Shown piece after piece: positions 18,586-27,293 of a stretch of 45,276 nucleotides of DNA. A program made the translations under genes and the position numbers. The DNA is from Bacilli bacterium. Lineage in GTDB: Bacteria > Bacillota_I > Bacilli_A > RF39 > UBA660. The notes below the pieces were generated by a model. It worked only from the letters and a program-made list of their open reading frames with translations, did not search any database and was not told the origin of the DNA. The stretch spans positions 1-45,276 of the forward strand of contig JAQUFI010000001.1 in assembly GCA_028684735.1 (NCBI GenBank), in the 5' to 3' direction. Each line of letters begins with the position of its first letter. Position 1 is the first letter of the stretch.

Positions 18586-18627
18586 GAATTAGCAACAAAA
18601 AAATTATTTTCAGGAGGTGTATATCGT

Positions 18628-18750
18628 ATGAAAAGAACTTTTCAACCAAATACAAGAAAAAGAAGTAAAAAAATGGGATTCTTAGCTCGTATGAAAACAT
18701 CAATTATTAAAAGAAGAAGAAAAAAAGGACGTAAAGTATTGTCCCATTAA
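18628..18750 (+). CDS. rpmH: 50S ribosomal protein L34 (short, 40 aa)
   Basis: [18 protein letters not shown]...[20 protein letters not shown] 8 nt upstream. The ORF-track start at 18568 is an upstream in-frame extension. Confidence 0.92.
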   Translation: MKRTFQPNTRKRSKKMGFLARMKTSIIKRRRKKGRKVLSH

Positions 18751-18751
18751 T

Positions 18752-18781
18752 AAATACCACTGTTTTTTCAGTGGTATTTTA
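18752..18781 (+). terminator. Hairpin plus T-tract between rpmH and rnpA (partial terminator/attenuator)
   Basis: AATACCACTG-TTTTTT-CAGTGGTATT followed by TT. Confidence 0.55.
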
Positions 18782-18797
18782 ATTAAAGAGGTGAAGT

Positions 18798-19136
18798 ATG
18801 AAAAAGATAAATACTTTAAAAGAAAATCGTGAATTTCAAAGAATAATTAATAATTTTAAACCATATAAATATAAAAGTTATATTGTCTATATTGAAAGAC
18901 ACGATGAAAAAATTTATCGTTTTGGTATTTCAGTTGGAAAAAAAATAGGAATCGCAGTAGTTAGAAATAAAATAAAGAGACAAATTAAAAATATAATTGA
19001 TAAAAATAACTATCAAAAAGGTTTTAATTGTATTATAATAGTAAAGAAAGATATTTTAAATAAAAATTTTATAGAAAGAGAAAAAGAATTATTAGATATT
19101 TTTAATAATTTAAAAATATTAAAGGAGAAAGTTTAA
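18798..19136 (+). CDS. rnpA: Ribonuclease P protein component
   Basis: LKENREFQRI..., GISVGKKIGIAVVRNKIKRQIK (RNR-like motif). Position after rpmH. Confidence 0.92.
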   Translation: MKKINTLKENREFQRIINNFKPYKYKSYIVYIERHDEKIYRFGISVGKKIGIAVVRNKIKRQIKNIIDKNNYQKGFNCIIIVKKDILNKNFIEREKELLDIFNNLKILKEKV

Positions 19137-20074
19137 TGAAAAGGAAGTCATTATTAATAATCATGTTGGTTGTTTCCGTTTTTTTAATTAGTGGGTGTAG
19201 TAAAACTCTTCAAGACAAAGAAAAAAAACCAGTAATCAATCCGGAAACAGGTCAAACTCTAACAGCTAATATTTTATGTCAACCAGAAAATAAAAACATT
19301 ATAAAAATATATAAAGAAAATAAAATAGATATCAGTAAATTACAAAAATGTGATGATTTTGAAATTACAAAAGGTGAATATGAAGGTGTTTGGACAACTG
19401 TTTTTGTAAAACCATTAGTATGGACATTAATTAACTTAAATAAGATTTTTCAAAGTTATGGTTTAGCTATAATTATTATTACTCTTTTAATAAGAATTAT
19501 ATTGATTCCTGTAACAAAGAAAACAGCGATTCAATCAGAAAATATGAAAAAAGCTCAACCAGAGATTGAAAAAGTAGAGAAAAAGTATAAAGATCGCAAT
19601 GATCAAGAAAGTTCTATGCAAAAGGGTCAAGAATTACTATTGGTTTATAAAAAATATAATATAAATCCTATGTCAGGTTGTTTATTTTCATTAATTCAAA
19701 TTCCACTATTCTTTGCTTTCTTTGAAGCAATGAATCGTTTACCTGCCATTTTTGAAGAAAAGTTTATAGGTTTTCAATTAGGAACAAGTCCAGCTAATGC
19801 ATTTAGTAATAATCACTTTGAATATATCATAATAATCATTTTAGTGTTTGTTACAACTTATTACTCATTTAAATTAAATGGTAGCACAAGTATGAGCAAA
19901 GAACAAGAAAGTCAAATGAAATTTATGATGAAATTTATGTTAGCTTTTATTCTAATAATGTCATTTAGTATTTCAGCAGGTATTGCTTTATATTGGATAG
20001 TTAATAGCAGTTTTACTATATTCCAAAATATGTATATAAAAAGGAGTAAGAAAAATGAAAGTATTAAAGTATGA
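19136..20074 (+). CDS. yidC: Membrane protein insertase YidC/SpoIIIJ (lipoprotein type)
   Basis: Lipobox LISGC at aa 16-20, 60-kDa-IMP core (NPMSGCLFSLIQIPLFFAF). Position after rnpA. Confidence 0.92.
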   Translation: MKRKSLLIIMLVVSVFLISGCSKTLQDKEKKPVINPETGQTLTANILCQPENKNIIKIYKENKIDISKLQKCDDFEITKGEYEGVWTTVFVKPLVWTLINLNKIFQSYGLAIIIITLLIRIILIPVTKKTAIQSENMKKAQPEIEKVEKKYKDRNDQESSMQKGQELLLVYKKYNINPMSGCLFSLIQIPLFFAFFEAMNRLPAIFEEKFIGFQLGTSPANAFSNNHFEYIIIIILVFVTTYYSFKLNGSTSMSKEQESQMKFMMKFMLAFILIMSFSISAGIALYWIVNSSFTIFQNMYIKRSKKNESIKV

Positions 20075-20666
20075 AGGAAAAACGAAAGAAGAAGCCATCA
20101 ATAAATGCCAAAAAGAATTAAATAAAGAAATAAATGAATTATATATTATTGAAAAGGAACAAGAGGGAGGACTTTTTAAAGGAAAAAAAGTTCTAATCGA
20201 AGTTTTAGTAAAAGAAGAAGTAATCAAATATATTAAAGATTTTATTCAAAATTTAGGAAATTTAATGGAAGTTCAAATTAATAGTGAAGTTAGAGATGTT
20301 GAAGATATTATTAAAGTAATATTAGTAACAGATAAATCTGCTATTATTATTGGAAAAGATGGACGTACTTTAGAAGCCATTCAATTATTAATAAGGCAAT
20401 CAATTAGAGGCTTAACAGGTTTTAATATCAAAGTTAATATCGACGCTTCTAATTATCGTAAAAATAAAGAAAGAAACTTTGAATATGAAGTAAAGAAAAT
20501 AGCTAAAGATGTTCTAAAAACAAAAATAGAAGTTAAATTAGATTCAATGAATTCTTATCAAAGAAGAATTGTTCATACGATTGTTTCTGAATTTAATAAT
20601 TTAGAAACAGTGAGTGTAGGGGAATCTCCTGAAAGATATGTAATTATAAAATATAAGGAAGACTAA
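20055..20666 (+). CDS. jag: Jag/KhpB RNA-binding protein (KH + R3H)
   Basis: GKDGRTLEAIQ KH motif and C-terminal R3H (SYQRRIVHTIVSEF). Position after yidC. Confidence 0.9.
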   Translation: MKVLKYEGKTKEEAINKCQKELNKEINELYIIEKEQEGGLFKGKKVLIEVLVKEEVIKYIKDFIQNLGNLMEVQINSEVRDVEDIIKVILVTDKSAIIIGKDGRTLEAIQLLIRQSIRGLTGFNIKVNIDASNYRKNKERNFEYEVKKIAKDVLKTKIEVKLDSMNSYQRRIVHTIVSEFNNLETVSVGESPERYVIIKYKED

Positions 20667-20680
20667 GTTAGTCTTTTTTT
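20659..20680 (+). terminator. Rho-independent terminator of the rpmH-jag operon
   Basis: AAGACTA-AGT-TAGTCTT followed by TTTTT, overlapping the jag stop. The downstream promoter is TTGACT (20683-20688), 17 nt, TAAAAT (20706-20711). Confidence 0.65.
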
Positions 20681-20729
20681 AATTGACTATAAAAAGTAAT
20701 TAATGTAAAATAACCACAGAGGGAAAAGT

Positions 20730-21254
20730 ATGAATGAAGAAGAAAGAATATTAAAACTTTTAACTAATGTTGATGATGAATATCACGAAATAGTTAAAGA
20801 TATATTAAATCATGAAGAATTTATCAAACGAAAGAATTTTCATCATCATGAAAACAGATCGGTATATGTTCATTGTTTGACTGTATCTATTAAAGCATAC
20901 AAAGTAGCAAAAAAATTAAATCTTGATAAAAATAAGGCTGCTATTGGTGGATTATTGCATGATTTTTATCTTAAAGATTGGCAAAAAACAATTCATATAA
21001 AAAAATCTTTCTTTAAATTACATGGTTTTACTCATTCAAAAGAGGCTTTAGAAAACTCTAAAAATTATTTTCCAACCTTAGTTGACAAGAAAATAAGTAA
21101 TATCATCGTTAGGCATATGTTCCCATTGACACCAATCCCTCCTCTTTATCTTGAAAGTTGGATTGTTACTATTGTTGATAAATATGTATCTTTGGAGATT
21201 TTTAAGAGTCCTAAGGAATTACCTAAATATATTGGTATAAAAAGAAAGGAGTAG
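20730..21254 (+). CDS. HD-domain phosphohydrolase
   Basis: H...HD pattern (VHCLTVS ... GGLLHDFY), 174 aa. Specific function not inferable. Confidence 0.7.
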   Translation: MNEEERILKLLTNVDDEYHEIVKDILNHEEFIKRKNFHHHENRSVYVHCLTVSIKAYKVAKKLNLDKNKAAIGGLLHDFYLKDWQKTIHIKKSFFKLHGFTHSKEALENSKNYFPTLVDKKISNIIVRHMFPLTPIPPLYLESWIVTIVDKYVSLEIFKSPKELPKYIGIKRKE

Positions 21255-21256
21255 TT

Positions 21257-22615
21257 ATGATGGAAGATACAATAACAGCTATTTCTACAGCTTTAGGTGT
21301 AGGAGCTATTTCGATTATTCGAGTTAGTGGTAATGATTCTATAAAGATTGTTAATAATCTTACTAAAAATAAAAAATTAATTGATGTTCCTAGCCACACG
21401 ATACATTATGAACATATTTTAGATAATGAAAAATTAATTGATGAAGTCTTAATATCTATCATGCGAGCTCCAAAAACTTTTACAAGAGAGGATATTGTGG
21501 AAATAAATGCTCATGGTGGGATTACAACAACCAATCGAATTTTAGAATTATTATTACGTAATGGTTGTCGCTTAGCTGAACCAGGAGAATTCACTAAAAG
21601 GGCTTTTTTAAATGGAAGAATTGATTTAACCCAAGCAGAAGGGGTTATGGATTTAATTAATTCTAAGACTGAGAAAGCAAGAGATTTAGCAATCAATCAA
21701 ATTGATGGTAAAGTATCTAATTTGATAAAAAATTTAAGATCAGAAATTATTAAGGTTCTAGCTAATATTGAAGTTAATATTGATTATCCTGAATATGAGG
21801 ATATAGAACAAGTAACAAATAAACATATTTTAGATAAAATTGAAGATATAAAAAATCAAATAAAAAAGATATTAAAAGAAAGTGAAAACGGTAAATTAAT
21901 TAAAGAAGGTATAGCAACTTCGATAATAGGAAGACCAAATGTTGGAAAAAGTAGTTTATTGAATAAATTAATAGGTGAAGATAAAGCAATTGTTACTGAA
22001 ATTGAAGGAACAACTAGAGATATTGTTGAGGGAACCATCAACCTAGATGGAATTCTTTTAAACATTGTCGATACTGCTGGAATAAGAAAAACTGATGATA
22101 TAGTTGAAAAGATTGGTGTAAGAAAAAGCATTGAATTAATCGATAAATCAGATTTGATTTTATATGTTTTAAATAATAATGAGAAAATAACTGATGATGA
22201 TTTAGAAATATTAACAAAATTAGAATATAAAAACCATATCGTTATTATTAATAAAAATGATTTAGAAAATAACTTGGATATTTCTAAAATTTCTTCAAAA
22301 AACATTATAAAAACTAGTATTACGAACGATAAAGGGATTGAAGAATTAAAGGAAAAAATTAAAGAACTTTTTAATTTAGAGCAAATAGATACTGATGACA
22401 TGAGTTATTTAACAAATGCAAGAAGTGTTGCTATATTAAAAGATACCTTAAATAGTGTTGAGGAAGTAAAAAAAGGTCTTAATAATGATTTACCAATCGA
22501 TATGATTGAAATTAATATTAAAGAAATATGGAACCTACTTGGAGAAATAATTGGGGAAACTTATCAAGAAGAATTAATTGATCAATTATTTAGTCAATTT
22601 TGTTTAGGAAAATAG
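21257..22615 (+). CDS. mnmE: tRNA modification GTPase MnmE
   Basis: G1 GRPNVGKSS, DTAGIR, NKND, C-terminal FCLGK. Confidence 0.95.
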   Translation: MMEDTITAISTALGVGAISIIRVSGNDSIKIVNNLTKNKKLIDVPSHTIHYEHILDNEKLIDEVLISIMRAPKTFTREDIVEINAHGGITTTNRILELLLRNGCRLAEPGEFTKRAFLNGRIDLTQAEGVMDLINSKTEKARDLAINQIDGKVSNLIKNLRSEIIKVLANIEVNIDYPEYEDIEQVTNKHILDKIEDIKNQIKKILKESENGKLIKEGIATSIIGRPNVGKSSLLNKLIGEDKAIVTEIEGTTRDIVEGTINLDGILLNIVDTAGIRKTDDIVEKIGVRKSIELIDKSDLILYVLNNNEKITDDDLEILTKLEYKNHIVIINKNDLENNLDISKISSKNIIKTSITNDKGIEELKEKIKELFNLEQIDTDDMSYLTNARSVAILKDTLNSVEEVKKGLNNDLPIDMIEINIKEIWNLLGEIIGETYQEELIDQLFSQFCLGK

Positions 22616-22630
22616 AAAGAAGGTGAATAG

Positions 22631-24505
22631 ATGGAATATGAGGTAATTGTTGTCGGAGGAGGACATGCAGGGTGTGAAGCAGCTTTAGCTTGTGCTAGAA
22701 AGGGTCATAAAACACTTTTAGTAACAGGAAATATTAATAATATTGCGGATATGCCTTGTAATCCATCTATTGGTGGAAGTGCTAAAGGAATTGTTGTTCG
22801 TGAAATAGATGCTTTAGGTGGCGAAATGGGTAAAGTAGCTGATCGTTCACATATTCAAATTAAGATGTTAAATAATGGGAAAGGCCCAGCTGTTCGTGCC
22901 TTAAGATCACAAGCAGATAAACAAGTATATCCAAAAGAAATGTTAAAAGTTTTAGAAAATCAAGATAATCTAGAAATCTTAGAAGCAATTGTAGAAGATT
23001 TAATTGTTGATAATGATACCATTAGTGGAATAATTTTAGAAAATAATAAAAAAATAACTAGTGAAATTGTTATTTTAACAACAGGAACTTATTTAAGACC
23101 TTCGATTATGGTAGGAGATACTCGTCGTAATGAAGGTCCACATGGAGAAAAACCTAGTTTATATTTAAGTAAAAATCTAGCTAAACTTGGTTTTGAAATT
23201 ATTAGATTAAAAACAGGAACCCCACAAAGAATTAAAAAGGATACAATTGATTTTAGTAAAGCTAAAATTGAAAATGGTGATAATTGTTTTCATACATTTA
23301 GTCATTATCAAAAACCACAATATAAGATAGAAGATCAAGTTCCATGTCATTTAATATATACAACCGAAGAAACACGAAAAATTATTCAAGAAAATTTAAA
23401 TAAATCAAGTATGTATGGAGGATTAGATGATATTGAAGGGGTAGGTCCTAGATACTGTCCATCAATTGAAGACAAGATTGTTCGTTTTAGTGATAAAGAA
23501 AAGCATCAATTATTTTTAGAACCAGAAAGTAGATATACTGATTCAATATATATTCAAGGGTTTTCAACCAGTATGCCATATGATGTTCAAGATCAATTAG
23601 TAAAAAGTTTACCTGGTTTAAAAAATGCTAAAATTTTAAAATATGCATATGCTATTGAATATGATGCAATCTATCCAACGCAATTAAAACCATCCCTTGA
23701 AACAAAAAAAATAAACAATTTATTTACAGCTGGCCAAATAAATGGGACTAGTGGTTATGAAGAGGCTGCTGGACAAGGTTTAATTGCAGGTATTAATGCT
23801 TCATTAAAATTAGAAGGAAAAGATCCTTTAATTTTAAAAAGAGATGAAGCATATATTGGAGTTTTGATTGATGATTTAGTAACTAAAGGAGTAAGAGATC
23901 CATATCGTTTATTAACATCAAGAGCTGAATATCGTTTATTATTACGACATGATAATGCAGATTTAAGACTAACTGAGTATGGTTATCAAGTTGGCTTAAT
24001 CGATGAAGATAGATATACCTTTTTTAAAAATAAAAAAGCTAAGATACAGGAATTAGAAAATAAATTAATAAAATATCGTATAAATCCAACAAAGGAAATA
24101 AATAATTATTTGCTTGAAATAAATAGTACTAAATTAAAAGATGGATCAACTTTATATGATTTATTAAAAAGGCCAGAAATTAATATTGAAAAGTTATCTA
24201 AATTTATCGAAATTGACTATGATTTAGAAATAATTGAACAAGTTGAAATCAACAATAAATATGAAGGTTATATCAATAAGGTAAAAAAAGAAGCTCAAAA
24301 AATGAGTAATTTAGATAATAAATTTATCCCAGAAGATATCGATTACAATAAAATTCATAATTTAGCTAGTGAAGCAAAACAAAAACTCAATGAAATAAGG
24401 CCAACTTCAGTTGGTCAAGCTTTGAGAATAAGTGGAATTAATCCAAGTGATATATCAATCTTAATGGTATATTTAAAGAAGGAATATAATAATGACCGTA
24501 AATGA
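22631..24505 (+). CDS. mnmG: tRNA uridine 5-carboxymethylaminomethyl modification enzyme MnmG
   Basis: VIVVGGGHAGCEAA FAD motif, GPRYCPSIEDK, 624 aa. Confidence 0.96.
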   Translation: MEYEVIVVGGGHAGCEAALACARKGHKTLLVTGNINNIADMPCNPSIGGSAKGIVVREIDALGGEMGKVADRSHIQIKMLNNGKGPAVRALRSQADKQVYPKEMLKVLENQDNLEILEAIVEDLIVDNDTISGIILENNKKITSEIVILTTGTYLRPSIMVGDTRRNEGPHGEKPSLYLSKNLAKLGFEIIRLKTGTPQRIKKDTIDFSKAKIENGDNCFHTFSHYQKPQYKIEDQVPCHLIYTTEETRKIIQENLNKSSMYGGLDDIEGVGPRYCPSIEDKIVRFSDKEKHQLFLEPESRYTDSIYIQGFSTSMPYDVQDQLVKSLPGLKNAKILKYAYAIEYDAIYPTQLKPSLETKKINNLFTAGQINGTSGYEEAAGQGLIAGINASLKLEGKDPLILKRDEAYIGVLIDDLVTKGVRDPYRLLTSRAEYRLLLRHDNADLRLTEYGYQVGLIDEDRYTFFKNKKAKIQELENKLIKYRINPTKEINNYLLEINSTKLKDGSTLYDLLKRPEINIEKLSKFIEIDYDLEIIEQVEINNKYEGYINKVKKEAQKMSNLDNKFIPEDIDYNKIHNLASEAKQKLNEIRPTSVGQALRISGINPSDISILMVYLKKEYNNDRK

Positions 24506-25196
24506 ATTTATTGATCATTTAAAACAATTAGGTATCGATATTAATGATAAACAACTAAATCAATTAGAAATTTATTATGAATTATTAATTGAATGGAATC
24601 AAAAAATTAATCTAACAACTATTGTTGATAAGAAACAAGTATATTTAAAACATTTTTATGATTCCTTAACAATAAGCAAGATAATTAATTTAGAAGAAGA
24701 ACAAAGTTTATGTGATATTGGAACAGGGGCTGGATTTCCTGGCTTAGTTTTAAAAATTTTGTTTCCTAACTTAAAAGTAACGTTAGTAGACTCTTTAAAA
24801 AAGAGAATTTATTTTCTTAATACTGTTATTCAAGAATTAGATTTAAAAGACATTGAAACTATACATGATCGTTGTGAAGAATATGCATTAAAAAATCGTG
24901 GTAAATATGATGTAGTTACAGCTCGAGCAGTTGCACCAATAAACATCTTATTAGAATATTCAATTCCAATGGTAAAGGTTAATAAACATTTTATTGCTAT
25001 GAAGGGGAATATTGAAAAAGAAGAAAATACCTATCACAACGCCATCACCTTATTAAATATTAAAGAAGAAGAAATGATAAAATTTTTATTACCATTTGAA
25101 AACAGTAATCGTACTTTAATTAAGTTTAAAAAGGAATCAAAAACCAATCATAAATATCCGAGAAAATTTAGTGATATAAAGAAAAAGCCGCTTTAA
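24492..25196 (+). CDS. rsmG: 16S rRNA (guanine527-N7)-methyltransferase RsmG
   Basis: WNQKINLT..., DIGTGAGFPG SAM motif, ARAVA motif. Overlaps the mnmG end. Confidence 0.93.
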   Translation: MTVNEFIDHLKQLGIDINDKQLNQLEIYYELLIEWNQKINLTTIVDKKQVYLKHFYDSLTISKIINLEEEQSLCDIGTGAGFPGLVLKILFPNLKVTLVDSLKKRIYFLNTVIQELDLKDIETIHDRCEEYALKNRGKYDVVTARAVAPINILLEYSIPMVKVNKHFIAMKGNIEKEENTYHNAITLLNIKEEEMIKFLLPFENSNRTLIKFKKESKTNHKYPRKFSDIKKKPL

Positions 25197-25274
25197 AGAG
25201 GGCTTTTTTTATAATAAACAAAAATTGGGAAATACTATTATATATTAAAGAAATGAATTATTTCCCAAAAAGTA

Positions 25275-25303
25275 TTGAATTATTTCCCAAGATATAGTAT
25301 TAT
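25275..25303 (+). promoter_or_regulatory. Candidate sigma-A promoter of the noc-like gene
   Basis: TTGAAT (25275-25280), 17 nt, TATTAT (25298-25303). The spacer contains ATTTCCCAA. Confidence 0.5.
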
Positions 25304-25326
25304 ATATTTGAAAGAATAAAAAGGGG

Positions 25327-26994
25327 TTGTGTAGTGTGGATATTGAAAAAAAGATAACGGAATTAAATCTTGCTGATATCTTACCTAATCGCTTTCAACC
25401 AAGGATTAAATTTGGTGAAGATGCGATTAATGAATTGTCGGAATCAATCAAAGAACATGGAGTAATTCAACCAATTGTTGTTAGAGCAATTGGTGATAAA
25501 TATGAAATCATAGCTGGTGAAAGAAGATATAAAGCCAGTGTTTTAGCAGGAAGAAATACAATACCTGCTATTGTTACGGATTTAAATGATAAAGATAGTG
25601 CTGAAGTGGCTTTAATTGAAAATGTTCAAAGACAAGATTTAACACCAATTGAAGAAGCAATATCATATAAAAAAATTATTGATATGGGATTTACTCAAGA
25701 GCAATTAGCAAGCAAATTAGGAAATAAGCAATCGACGATAGCTAATAAGTTACGATTATTGAATTTAAATGAAGATGTTCAAGAAGCTTTATTAGAAGGA
25801 AAAATATCAGAAAGACATGCAAGATCAATTTTAAGACTTAACAGTCAACAACAAACAGAAATATTAAACAAAGTATTATCTGAAAGGTTAACGGTAAGAA
25901 AAACTGATCAAGAAATAGACAAATTATTAAATGAAAAAAGTGTTGATACGTCAATTGATAATGTGGAGTTTTTAGATGTTAGTTTATTTAATCAAAAGAA
26001 AGAAGAAGAACCTTCTTCGGTAACTATTGATTCTATTTTAGGAATAGAACCAATGGAAGAAAGGGTTAGCCCAATGAATAATGAAAATGAACAAACAACT
26101 TTAGGAATTTTTAATAATTCTATTCAATTCCCAAGTGGACCAATCCTTAATGAAGCAATTAAAACGCCAATTAATATACCTAGTAATCCGATTCAAGATG
26201 AAGAAACCCCAAATATTCCTAATTTTGAGGTAGAAATTCCTGTTGATGGGGTTAATCCAGGCTTCATGAATATTGAAAAAATTGAAACAGAAGCACAAAA
26301 TATAAATGAAGATAAACCATTAGCTGATGTGAATTTGTTATTACAACCAGAACCATTTAAAAATAATCAAGATGGTTATGATTTTAACCTATCACAATCA
26401 GAAAACACATCTCATGAACCACGTTTTTTTAATAATTTTAAAGAAGAAAATAATATCGAACCAATAAATAATTTTAATTTTTCTATTGAGGAACCAAAAA
26501 CAAATGAAATAAATAATAATCTTGTAATGGAACAACCAATTGAATCTGAAAAACCATTGGAAACAGAAATATTTCCACAACCAGAAATAACTACAGAAGC
26601 ACCATTGGAATCGTTTACACCAACAGTCCCAATTGTAAAGTCACAACCAGAAGTATTTCCACCAACCGCACCAATTGTTGAATCACAACCAGAACCAATA
26701 AACCCTATAACATTTGATATTCCAATGGAAAATAATATAACTAGTGATAATCAAATAAGTAATGAACCTACCAATAACTTTGATTTTAATATCGAACCAA
26801 TAAATAATATAAATTCTAATATTGGCCAACCAGTTATGTCAGAAACATTTTACCAAGGTGAAAAAACATTAAAGGCAGCTATTGATATTATTAGAAAATG
26901 TGAATCAAGAATCAAAGATATAGGATTTGAGGTCGAAATTGAAGAAATAGACTTTGAAGATATATATCAAGTAATATTTAAAATAAATAAGTAA
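25327..26994 (+). CDS. noc: ParB-family protein of the Noc (nucleoid occlusion) type with a ~300-aa low-complexity insertion
   Basis: ILPNRFQPR, IIAGERRYKAS (CTP-binding GERR box), HTH QSTIANKLRLLNL...ISERHARSIL, and C-terminal IKDIGFEVEIEEIDFEDIYQVIFKINK resemble B. subtilis Noc (from memory) more than Spo0J. Position directly after rsmG. The start is TTG at 25327 or GTG at 25336. An in-frame TGA at 25309-25311 blocks any upstream extension. Confidence 0.8.
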   Translation: MCSVDIEKKITELNLADILPNRFQPRIKFGEDAINELSESIKEHGVIQPIVVRAIGDKYEIIAGERRYKASVLAGRNTIPAIVTDLNDKDSAEVALIENVQRQDLTPIEEAISYKKIIDMGFTQEQLASKLGNKQSTIANKLRLLNLNEDVQEALLEGKISERHARSILRLNSQQQTEILNKVLSERLTVRKTDQEIDKLLNEKSVDTSIDNVEFLDVSLFNQKKEEEPSSVTIDSILGIEPMEERVSPMNNENEQTTLGIFNNSIQFPSGPILNEAIKTPINIPSNPIQDEETPNIPNFEVEIPVDGVNPGFMNIEKIETEAQNINEDKPLADVNLLLQPEPFKNNQDGYDFNLSQSENTSHEPRFFNNFKEENNIEPINNFNFSIEEPKTNEINNNLVMEQPIESEKPLETEIFPQPEITTEAPLESFTPTVPIVKSQPEVFPPTAPIVESQPEPINPITFDIPMENNITSDNQISNEPTNNFDFNIEPINNINSNIGQPVMSETFYQGEKTLKAAIDIIRKCESRIKDIGFEVEIEEIDFEDIYQVIFKINK

Positions 26995-27012
26995 GCAAGG
27001 CTTACTTTTTAT
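26989..27012 (+). terminator. Rho-independent terminator of noc
   Basis: AAGTAAGC-AAG-GCTTACTT followed by TTT, overlapping the stop codon. Confidence 0.6.
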
Positions 27013-27293
27013 TTGCTTATAAGAAAAAAATCCTTTAAATAAGATTAAAATAAAATATTAGATAATTTGGATGACTTTAAGGGAATGAAGAAATATTAAT
27101 AAATATCGAATTAACTTTAGAAAATGGGAAAAATATTATATTCAAGAGAGCGAACTAAGCAATTTTTTATCCGTAATTGATTTTGATAATTTATTTTTTG
27201 TGATTAATTAAAAGAGTAAATATTTTTATTAAGTAAACGAGTAATGATTTACTTTTTATATGGTATAATCATTACAACAAGGAGGGGAAGTTG

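Noticed and set aside
18464-18703. 79-aa minus-strand ORF spanning the oriC spacer, the rpmH promoter and the rpmH start
   Set aside because: It covers DnaA boxes, an AT-rich tract and a consensus promoter, and runs antisense to rpmH. It has no SD and its product is low-complexity F/L/I/Y-rich.
25151-25175. ATATCCGAGAAAAT at the 3' end of rsmG as another NBS
   Set aside because: It has four mismatches to the 14-bp consensus, including the central CCCGGG core. That is too weak to call.
26572-26665. ATTTCCACA/ATTTCCACC DnaA-box-like 9-mers inside the noc linker
   Set aside because: They arise from FPQP/FPPT codons in a repeat region, are isolated, and lie far from the origin modules. A chance coding by-product is the likely explanation.
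27161-27174. CGAACTAAGCAATT as a LexA/Cheo box upstream of uvrB
   Set aside because: Only the left half-site matches. The right half reads CAAT instead of GTTC.
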